Virus record (IMG/VR): IMGVR_UViG_3300024180_000007
Coordinates: 1 to 56,414 of that record
Length of the DNA: 56,414 bases
DNA from: a virus
Taxonomy: Duplodnaviria; Caudoviricetes
Strand: one strand, 5' to 3'
In this document: one piece after another, positions 1 through 7,364 of the stretch
Position numbering within the stretch: position 1 is the stretch's first letter
Layout: every line of letters starts with the position of its first letter
Notes under the pieces: generated by a model
What the model was told of the DNA's origin: nothing
Seen by the model: the letters and a program-made list of their open reading frames with translations, nothing else
The model's database searches: none
Position numbers and translations under genes: made by a program

Positions 1-790
1 AACAGGAGCAAATTCATCTAATGGTATAAAAACAATAAATGATTATGAAAGTGTTTTGTTTAATGGAAGAGGTGCTGCTGGATTTGCGGTTATTGGAAAT
101 GCTGAGATTAGATTAGGTTTTGGTACAGCTTACACAGCTGCTCAATCAGACTTAATAATAACCCATACGAGTGGGCTTGTTGGAATCGGGGGAAATACTC
201 CATCATATTTATTTGATGTTAGAAAGAATACTGTAAGTGGTGCAATTGCAAGATTTTCTGCTATTAATCCTCACGTTATAATTGAATCAAGTACAGCAGG
301 TAATAGTGTTTTACATTTTAAACCAAATTTAACAAGTAGTAAATCTGGTCAATTCAAGGTAACAGCTGGAAATGGTTATAATTTTAAATGGACTAATGAT
401 GCTGCTGGTACAGGTGAAACTATTTATATGGACTTAGATACAAGTACCACAGGAGGTGGAGACTTGACAGTGAAAGGAGATATAATAGCTTATGGTGCGC
501 CTTCTGATAAAAAGTATAAAGAAAATATTAAGCCAATTGAAAGTGCTTTAGATAAAGCAATGCAACTTCAAGGTGTTACATTCGACTGGAAAGAAAGTGA
601 TAGTATATTAGATATAAAAGAAGATATAGGTTTTATAGCTCAAGATGTTGAAAAAGTTTTACCAGAACTTGTTAGAGATAATGGTAAAGGAAATTTATCT
701 TTAAGATACCAAGGTGTTACACCTATACTTTTAGAAGCTATAAAAGAATTAAAAGCGGAAATAGAAGAATTAAAAAAACAAATTAAATAA
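1..790 (+). CDS. Tail fibre/spike C-terminal part with intramolecular chaperone (peptidase S74) domain; 5'-truncated
   Basis: Frame is open from position 2. G/T/S-rich beta repeats are followed by SDKKYKENIKPIESALDKAMQLQGVTFDWK...GFIAQDVEKVLPELV and a terminal coiled coil, typical of S74 chaperones. Confidence 0.9.
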   Translation, partial: TGANSSNGIKTINDYESVLFNGRGAAGFAVIGNAEIRLGFGTAYTAAQSDLIITHTSGLVGIGGNTPSYLFDVRKNTVSGAIARFSAINPHVIIESSTAGNSVLHFKPNLTSSKSGQFKVTAGNGYNFKWTNDAAGTGETIYMDLDTSTTGGGDLTVKGDIIAYGAPSDKKYKENIKPIESALDKAMQLQGVTFDWKESDSILDIKEDIGFIAQDVEKVLPELVRDNGKGNLSLRYQGVTPILLEAIKELKAEIEELKKQIK

Positions 791-1254
791 TGGCAGTACC
801 AACATCAGGAGCATTATCTATGGAATCTATAGCGCAAGAAGCGTTATATGGCACTTGGGGTTCAGGAACTATAACTGGACCAATTTCTATGTATGATATG
901 ATAAATGGTGGAAACGCACACGGATCTGGTAATTCTTATCCTACAGTAAATGATGACTGTACGCCTAATCCAGTTGATAGATCTTACTACCAAATTACTC
1001 TAACAGAAGCTACTTATCCTTCTACCCCAAATGTTACTGTTTACACAACAAGAAACCCTATTACAGGTTTAACAACAAATGATGTTTTATATGATTATGT
1101 AAATGGATCATATACAGCCTGGACAGGTGCTTCACAAACTAATGATTATTGGATATGGAGTCAAGGAACGTTTTTTAATAATTGTACAGACTGTCCAATT
1201 ATTACAGTTAATTCATCTGGGGTAATAACTTCTACTGGTTGTTCTTGTCCTTAA
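790..1254 (+). CDS. Tail-fibre-associated virion protein with Cys-bounded C-terminal module
   Basis: TAATG overlap with the fibre gene; MAVPTSGALSM N-terminus; ends ITVNSSGVITSTGCSCP. Confidence 0.7.
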   Translation: MAVPTSGALSMESIAQEALYGTWGSGTITGPISMYDMINGGNAHGSGNSYPTVNDDCTPNPVDRSYYQITLTEATYPSTPNVTVYTTRNPITGLTTNDVLYDYVNGSYTAWTGASQTNDYWIWSQGTFFNNCTDCPIITVNSSGVITSTGCSCP

Positions 1255-1264
1255 AATTTAAATT

Positions 1265-2119
1265 ATGCCTATAGCTTACCCATATAGATTTTCAGACTGG
1301 TACGGTTACGATAAAGACTGTACGCCAGTTGGACCTGCTTTTTATATGACTACTACTTCTGTAACTGGTTCTACCGCAGCATATGCGTGTAACTATATAT
1401 TTGATGGGAGTTATTATGCTACACTTTATTACCACGATGGCACAGGAGCTACACCTGTAGTGGGAGACGTTGTTTATACAGATGCGGCTGGTAATAACGA
1501 ATATAATCCTTCAAGCGATAGATGGGTTGGTAATGCAACTGGGAGTACTTCAGGAGGCACAGGTTTATATAGGTTTGATAGCGGAGGTGGACAAGTAGAA
1601 CAATTGTACACTTGTGGTTTAAGCTCATTTAGTAGTTCTGTTGACAGCAATCCAAGTAGTGTTTGTAGTGCAACTATGAATCAAACTTACTACCATAATG
1701 GTAGTGGAACAATACCTATATCTGGTGACACTACTTATTCTTCAAACAGTGGCACATATCCTTATTTGTCAGCTGGAAATTATAAAATATCGTCAACTCA
1801 ATATATTACAGTTGGATCAAATGGTTTAGTTTCAAGTATAAATACTTGTATAACAACAACATCATTTAGTTCTGGCTCAGGGCAGGCAGATACTAAGTTC
1901 ATATGTACTCAATCTGTGAATACAACAAAATATCACGATGGTAGTGGTAACAACCCGACAACAGGAGATACTGTTTATGAGAATTCTGCTGGAACATCAT
2001 TTACTGCAAATGGTTATTACACAATACAAAACGGAGCATCGCCTCCTGCAACAATTGGTTATTATAGAATAACTGGTGGAAGTGGAGTAGTAGCCTCATT
2101 GGGATTATGCTTTCCATAA
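1265..2119 (+). CDS. Virion/fibre accessory protein with three Cys-bounded YYHxGxGxxPxxGDxxY repeats
   Basis: Three internal repeats: YYHDGTGATPVVGDVVY, YYHNGSGTIPISGDTTY, KYHDGSGNNPTTGDTVY. Confidence 0.75.
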   Translation: MPIAYPYRFSDWYGYDKDCTPVGPAFYMTTTSVTGSTAAYACNYIFDGSYYATLYYHDGTGATPVVGDVVYTDAAGNNEYNPSSDRWVGNATGSTSGGTGLYRFDSGGGQVEQLYTCGLSSFSSSVDSNPSSVCSATMNQTYYHNGSGTIPISGDTTYSSNSGTYPYLSAGNYKISSTQYITVGSNGLVSSINTCITTTSFSSGSGQADTKFICTQSVNTTKYHDGSGNNPTTGDTVYENSAGTSFTANGYYTIQNGASPPATIGYYRITGGSGVVASLGLCFP

Positions 2120-2136
2120 CATAAACTTAAAATTTG

Positions 2137-2144
2137 TATATTTG
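2137..2144 (+). promoter_or_regulatory. Bacteroidota-type -7 promoter element TATATTTG
   Basis: Matches TAnnTTTG, intergenic, about 30 nt upstream of ATG 2174. Confidence 0.65.
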
Positions 2145-2173
2145 TACAAATAAATTAATTTAAAAAACAAACA

Positions 2174-2590
2174 ATGGTAGTTACTTATAAATGGAATATT
2201 AATCAAATGGATGCTCACATTCAATCAGAGGGTGAAAGCAATGTTATTTATACTGTTCATTATACATATACAGGATCTACTATAGCTGAAAATGGAGAAA
2301 CATTTTATGCACAAAGTATTGGTGCTGAAACTTACACATATGTAGCTGGAGAACCTTTTACTCCATACGAAAATACTGAAGCTTTTGAGAGTGTAGTTAT
2401 TGGATGGCTTGAAGGGTCTTGTGATATACCTTCAATGCAAGCTAATATAATAGCTGGCTTAGAAGCTCAAATTGCTCCAATAAACGAAGCCTTGTATTTT
2501 TCTTGGCAAGATCCTGAACCAACACCACCTCCAGTTATAGAACCTGAAGAACCAATTGAGGAAGAAGAAGAAGTTGTTGATGGAGAGTAA
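2174..2590 (+). CDS. Phage protein, probably tail-fibre associated; acidic Pro/Glu tail
   Basis: ORF with A-rich leader; YKWNI...NVIYTVHY...FTPYEN...VIGWL pattern; follows the fibre genes. Confidence 0.65.
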   Translation: MVVTYKWNINQMDAHIQSEGESNVIYTVHYTYTGSTIAENGETFYAQSIGAETYTYVAGEPFTPYENTEAFESVVIGWLEGSCDIPSMQANIIAGLEAQIAPINEALYFSWQDPEPTPPPVIEPEEPIEEEEEVVDGE

Positions 2591-2601
2591 ATAATATTTA
2601 T

Positions 2602-2609
2602 TATATTTG
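2602..2609 (+). promoter_or_regulatory. -7 promoter element TATATTTG
   Basis: TAnnTTTG, intergenic, 30 nt upstream of ATG 2639. Confidence 0.65.
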
Positions 2610-2638
2610 TATATAAATTTAATCTAAAATAATCTAAA

Positions 2639-2896
2639 ATGTCAAAAAATTTAACACCAGAAGAGTTACAGAATTTACAAGCTCTTAATCAGGAATTTAC
2701 TCAAGTAAAACTAAAGTTAGCTGATTCAGTTTATCAACAAGTTTTATTTACTAAAGACCTGGACACAATAAGAGAAAAGTTTTCGTCTGTTGAAAAAGAG
2801 TTGTCAGAAAAGTATGGAGCTAATTCTATTATTGATTTAGCAACTGGAGAAGTAAAAGAAAATCAACCAGCTGAAACAGCAGAGGTTATAGAATAA
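2639..2896 (+). CDS. Small coiled-coil protein (possible fibre chaperone)
   Basis: Heptad pattern ending EKYGANSIIDLATGEV. Confidence 0.65.
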   Translation: MSKNLTPEELQNLQALNQEFTQVKLKLADSVYQQVLFTKDLDTIREKFSSVEKELSEKYGANSIIDLATGEVKENQPAETAEVIE

Positions 2897-2902
2897 AAAA
2901 AC

Positions 2903-3133
2903 ATGGCAAAAATTAGCAACACATCAGCGTACCCAAATATTACAGTTATTGACTCAAATGATTATTTAATTCTTACTGATGCAGAAAATGATCTAATGAC
3001 TAAGTCTTGTAAAATTTCAACGCTTTCTAATTTTATAATAGATGGTGGTGTTGTTAAATTAATTGCGCCAGATAATAGCGTTTGGAGACTTCTTGTTAGT
3101 AATACAGGAGTTCTTTCAACTGAGGCTGTTTAG
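2903..3133 (+). CDS. Small virion protein with fibre-attachment-like N-terminus
   Basis: MAKISNTSAY...DYLILTDAEN..TKS resembles the N-terminus of 54730..55434 (MARISTY...DKWIGSDSQN..TRN). Confidence 0.6.
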   Translation: MAKISNTSAYPNITVIDSNDYLILTDAENDLMTKSCKISTLSNFIIDGGVVKLIAPDNSVWRLLVSNTGVLSTEAV

Positions 3134-3144
3134 CCAAATTAAAA

Positions 3145-3369
3145 ATGGACATAAGAAAAATTTCAATTGGAGCAGACTATAAGTCTGGTGCTATGCATTA
3201 CATAGTAGGTCAGGATGTTTTAGGCGGCAGTTATGGAATACATCTTATACAGCATGATGTTTCAGCAGATTCATATAAGATATGGATTATGAAAAAAGAT
3301 GAAATTTTACTTTGGAAGGAATTTAAATGCACTCTACCTATATCTTTAGAATATAATATAAACTTTTAA
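3145..3369 (+). CDS. Hypothetical phage protein
   Basis: Tightly packed ORF; TAATG overlap with the next gene. Confidence 0.65.
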   Translation: MDIRKISIGADYKSGAMHYIVGQDVLGGSYGIHLIQHDVSADSYKIWIMKKDEILLWKEFKCTLPISLEYNINF

Positions 3370-3938
3370 TGAAATCTCCTTACTCATTTATTGTTAAACC
3401 TTATAACAATAGAAGGTATGACAACATCAAAAACTACGGTGATGTAGAATTCATCACAAGCACTTCAGAAGAAGACCATAAAGCTTCTAATCGTTTTGCG
3501 ATTGTAGTCTCTACTCCTATACATTATAAAGGCCCTATAAAAGAGGGTGACATACTTTTAGTGCATCATAACGTGTTTAAGTTTTACAACGACATGTATG
3601 GTCGTAGAAAAAGTGGTAAAAGTTTTTTTAAAGACAATTTGTTTTTTGTAGATCCAGATCAATTTTATCTTTATAAAAGTAAAGAAGAATCTAATTGGAT
3701 GGGTTATAGCAAGTATTGTTTTGTAAAACCATTAAAAGCAAAAAAATCTTATCTTGATAAAAATTCTAAAAATGAACCATTAAGAGGTATTGTAAAATAC
3801 ATTAATAATGAGTTAATTGAAAAAGGAGTTAAAGTAGGTGATGAGGTTTTATATGAGCCTAACTCTGAATACGAATTTGTAGTAGATGATGAAAAATTAT
3901 ATAGGATGTTTACAAGAAATATAACAGTGGTGTTATGA
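3369..3938 (+). CDS. GroES-like (tandem co-chaperonin fold) protein
   Basis: Two GroES-like segments: AIVVSTP...IKEGDILLVHH and FVKP...RGIVKY...GVKVGDEVLY...YEFVVDDEKLYRM. Confidence 0.65.
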   Translation: MKSPYSFIVKPYNNRRYDNIKNYGDVEFITSTSEEDHKASNRFAIVVSTPIHYKGPIKEGDILLVHHNVFKFYNDMYGRRKSGKSFFKDNLFFVDPDQFYLYKSKEESNWMGYSKYCFVKPLKAKKSYLDKNSKNEPLRGIVKYINNELIEKGVKVGDEVLYEPNSEYEFVVDDEKLYRMFTRNITVVL

Positions 3939-4408
3939 TAAAATTTTATCAAAACGTAATTTCTAATCCTGATTTTTATGTAGAAGAAATATTAAAAAAA
4001 GGTTTTTATGATTTGCCAGATGGAGAAAATTTATTTAAAAATGTTTGTCAAAAACATCAAGATGAATTTTATCAATTTCTTTTAAATAACGTGCCTAATT
4101 ATAAAGTTGTTTTAAATTTTGTTCGTCAATCACCATTAGGTCAAAAAGAACCTAACTACATTCACACAGATGATATGATGGGTGATTTGACTGCTGTTTT
4201 GTATTTAAACAAAAAACATCCTAATGAATATGGAACAACACTATATGATGATGATGATAACAAGATATTAGTTTCCAAAGCAAAATACAATTCTGTTTTT
4301 ATATTTCCTTCAAGTGTTAAGCATTCGAGAAATACATTAGATAACTTTGGTAAAAAAAACGAATCAAGATTAGTTCAAGTAGCGTTTTTAAATAAAAAAA
4401 ATGAATGA
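3935..4408 (+). CDS. 2OG-Fe(II) dioxygenase
   Basis: HxD (IHTD), TAVLYLN, GTTLY, distal His (VKHS) and 2OG-binding Arg (RLVQVAF). Confidence 0.8.
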   Translation: MIKFYQNVISNPDFYVEEILKKGFYDLPDGENLFKNVCQKHQDEFYQFLLNNVPNYKVVLNFVRQSPLGQKEPNYIHTDDMMGDLTAVLYLNKKHPNEYGTTLYDDDDNKILVSKAKYNSVFIFPSSVKHSRNTLDNFGKKNESRLVQVAFLNKKNE

Positions 4409-4793
4409 TTTTAAGGAAATGCTAAATGAATTAAATATTAACCTTGAAGAGTTAAATATTTACATAGAGTCAGATAAATTTAAAAAAGAAGCTGGACCTG
4501 TTGTTGATGATAATAATAAAAATTATAAAGTGTTACCTTCAAAAATAGAAGGAAAAGGAATATTTGCTTGTAAAGATTTTAATAAAGGAGATTTCATAGG
4601 CTATGGTAAGTTAAATAATACAAGAACTTTAGCAGGAAGATATACAAATCACTCTAATTTAAACAATGCTAAATTTTATTATATTAAAAAAAACAGTAAT
4701 TTAGTTTTAATAGCTGAAAAAGATATTATTTCTGAAGATGAAATATTAGTTAATTACAGACACCACACCTATAATAAAGAATATTATGAGTAG
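4401..4793 (+). CDS. SET-domain protein (putative protein-lysine methyltransferase)
   Basis: SET motifs SKIEGKGIFA (GxG), RYTNHS and EILVNY. Confidence 0.85.
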   Translation: MNDFKEMLNELNINLEELNIYIESDKFKKEAGPVVDDNNKNYKVLPSKIEGKGIFACKDFNKGDFIGYGKLNNTRTLAGRYTNHSNLNNAKFYYIKKNSNLVLIAEKDIISEDEILVNYRHHTYNKEYYE

Positions 4794-4953
4794 AGAATGG
4801 GATTGGATGGATGATTTAGGTGAAGAAGTTTATCCAATAAAAAAAGTAAAGCGTATTAAAAATGAATACAAACGAAACAAAATTAAAAATAATAGAAGCA
4901 GGACACGAGGCGGTCAGACAACTGATCAAAGTGGCGAAGGAAGACATTATTAA
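4786..4953 (+). CDS. Small 55-aa ORF overlapping the SET gene and putative terS (not in ORF track)
   Basis: Hand translation MSREWDWMDDLGEEVYPIKKVKRIKNEYKRNKIKNNRSRTRGGQTTDQSGEGRHY*; fills the 4794-4861 gap. Confidence 0.5.
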   Translation: MSREWDWMDDLGEEVYPIKKVKRIKNEYKRNKIKNNRSRTRGGQTTDQSGEGRHY

Positions 4954-5137
4954 ATATGGTACAGATGATGAGTTAGCTGCAGATAGATTAAAAAATGCAG
5001 CTGCCACAAAAAAACTTTGTATTATGGATGCTTTTGAAATTTTAAAAAAAATACAAGAGGAAAAAGATTTATTAGAAGGAGTTGATACTAAAGTAAATAA
5101 CACACCAAAAGGATTTGCAGAATCAAGATCAAAATAA
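4862..5137 (+). CDS. Putative terminase small subunit
   Basis: Helical 91-aa protein directly upstream of and overlapping terL; positional inference. Confidence 0.55.
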   Translation: MNTNETKLKIIEAGHEAVRQLIKVAKEDIIKYGTDDELAADRLKNAAATKKLCIMDAFEILKKIQEEKDLLEGVDTKVNNTPKGFAESRSK

Positions 5138-7364
5138 AATATATATAGAACTAAAAAATATAGTTCCTAAAAATGTTTTGACTACAAAAAACAAAGCAAG
5201 AACCTGGACCTACGGTTATAATGAAAAATACAATTTTGTTGTAGTGTCTAAAACAGGTCAAATTGATCAGATAATAAATATTAGTGGTTTAAATGTTGCG
5301 CTTCCCAAAGCTCCTAAAGACATTTTTAAAAGATCTAAAAAAAAAGAAGACCAATACTGGGAGGCTAAAATATTACCAAAACAATTAACAAGAATTAAAT
5401 CTATATTTCAATGGCATGATACTCCTTCGAGTTTTAAAAACGAGTGGGTAGATTATATTGAAAATGAATTTAATTTTAGAGAAGAAGGATTTTGGTTTAT
5501 AAATAAAGGAGTTCCTACTTACATCACTGGAACGCATTACATGTATTTACAGTGGACTAAGATTGATGTTGGATTTCCAGACTTTAGAGAAGCTAACAGA
5601 ATATTTTATATTTTTTGGGAAGCCTGTAAGGCAGACAAAAGAAGTTTTGGAATGGATTACTTAAAAATAAGACGTTCTGGCTTTTCATTTATGGCCTCAT
5701 GCGAGGGAGTTAATATGGGTACAATAACTAAAGATGCTCGTATAGGTATACTTTCTAAAACTGGATCTGATGCAAAAAAAATGTTTACAGATAAAATTGT
5801 TCCTATATCTAATAATTATCCATTCTTTTTTAAACCTATACAAGATGGTATGGATAAGCCAAAAACTGAATTAGCTTATAGAGTTCCTGCTGCAAAAATT
5901 ACTAAAAAAAATATGTATTTAAATGAAGAGCAAGAGCTTGAAGGTTTAGATACTACTATTGATTGGAAAAATACTGGAGACAACAGTTATGATGGTGAGA
6001 AGCTTCGACTACTACTACACGATGAAAGTGGTAAATGGGAGCGTCCTGATAATATTTTAAATAACTGGAGGGTTACAAAAACTTGTTTACGTTTAGGTAG
6101 TAAAATAGTCGGTAAGTGTATGATGGGTTCTACATCTAATGCATTAGAGAAAGGTGGTGGTAATTTTAAAAAATTATATAACGATTCTAATGTGGGATCA
6201 CGAAACTCTAATGGTCAAACTAAAAGTGGGTTATATTCACTTTTTATCCCAATGGAGTGGAATATGGAAGGGTTTATAGATAGGTATGGAATGCCTGTAT
6301 TTAATAATCCATCAAGTCCAGTATTAGGAATTGACGGTGAAATGATACATCAAGGAGCTATAGATTACTGGCAGAACGAGGTTGATTCATTATCTAATGA
6401 CCCTGATGCTTTAAATGAATTTTATAGACAGTTTCCGAGAACTGAGTCTCACGCATTTAGAGATGAAAGTAAACAGTCTTTATTTAATTTAACTAAAATA
6501 TATCAACAAATTGATTATAATGACTCATTAATTATGGGTCAAAATATAACTCAAGGATCGTTTTCTTGGCATAACGGAGTTAAAGATACCAGGGTAATTT
6601 GGACTCCAGATAAAAGAGGAAGATTTTTTGTATCTTGGTTACCAGAAATGTCGTTACAAAATAAAGTAACAATAAAAAATGGGAGGAAATATCCAGGGAA
6701 CGAACACATTGGATCGTTTGGTTGTGACTCTTATGATATTTCTGGAGTTGTTGTAGGGAAGGGATCTAATGGTTCTTTGCATGGTATGACAAAGTTTAAT
6801 ATGGATAACGCTCCAAGTAATGAGTTTTTTTTAGAATATATAGCACGTCCTCAGACTGCAGAAATATTTTTTGAAGAAGTATTAATGGCTTGTGTGTTTT
6901 ATGGGATGCCAATATTGTGTGAAAACAATAAACCTCGATTACTCTATCATTTTAAAAATAGAGGTTATAGAGGGTTTAGTACAAATAGGCCTGACAAAAC
7001 ATTTAATAAATTATCCAAAACAGAAAAAGAATTAGGTGGTATACCAAATTCAAGTGAGGATGTAAAACAATCTCACGCTTCTGCAATAGAATCTTACATA
7101 GAAAAGCATGTAGGTTTAGATTTAGTTCAAAATTATAGAGATAGTGATGAGATGGGTGTAATGTATTTTCAAAGAACATTAGAGGATTGGGCAAAGTTTG
7201 ATATTAACAATAGAACTAAGTTTGATGCTTCTATAAGTTCAGGGTTAGCAATCATGGCTAATCAAAAACACTTGTATACCCCAGCTAAAGAAAAATCGAA
7301 AATAAGCATTAACTTTGCAAGATATAATAATAAGAATTCAGTTAGTCAATTACTTAATAAATGA
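5115..7364 (+). CDS. terL: Terminase large subunit
   Basis: KIRRSGFS (Walker A), LLLHDESGKW (Walker B), MMGSTS (motif III), GCDSYD nuclease motif; directly precedes portal. Start codon uncertain (TTG). Confidence 0.92.
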   Translation: MQNQDQNKIYIELKNIVPKNVLTTKNKARTWTYGYNEKYNFVVVSKTGQIDQIINISGLNVALPKAPKDIFKRSKKKEDQYWEAKILPKQLTRIKSIFQWHDTPSSFKNEWVDYIENEFNFREEGFWFINKGVPTYITGTHYMYLQWTKIDVGFPDFREANRIFYIFWEACKADKRSFGMDYLKIRRSGFSFMASCEGVNMGTITKDARIGILSKTGSDAKKMFTDKIVPISNNYPFFFKPIQDGMDKPKTELAYRVPAAKITKKNMYLNEEQELEGLDTTIDWKNTGDNSYDGEKLRLLLHDESGKWERPDNILNNWRVTKTCLRLGSKIVGKCMMGSTSNALEKGGGNFKKLYNDSNVGSRNSNGQTKSGLYSLFIPMEWNMEGFIDRYGMPVFNNPSSPVLGIDGEMIHQGAIDYWQNEVDSLSNDPDALNEFYRQFPRTESHAFRDESKQSLFNLTKIYQQIDYNDSLIMGQNITQGSFSWHNGVKDTRVIWTPDKRGRFFVSWLPEMSLQNKVTIKNGRKYPGNEHIGSFGCDSYDISGVVVGKGSNGSLHGMTKFNMDNAPSNEFFLEYIARPQTAEIFFEEVLMACVFYGMPILCENNKPRLLYHFKNRGYRGFSTNRPDKTFNKLSKTEKELGGIPNSSEDVKQSHASAIESYIEKHVGLDLVQNYRDSDEMGVMYFQRTLEDWAKFDINNRTKFDASISSGLAIMANQKHLYTPAKEKSKISINFARYNNKNSVSQLLNK

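Noticed and set aside
790-2119. Diversity-generating retroelement target/template pair
   Set aside because: The repeats are diverged at the protein level, not adenine-specific near-identical DNA, and no reverse transcriptase is in the window.
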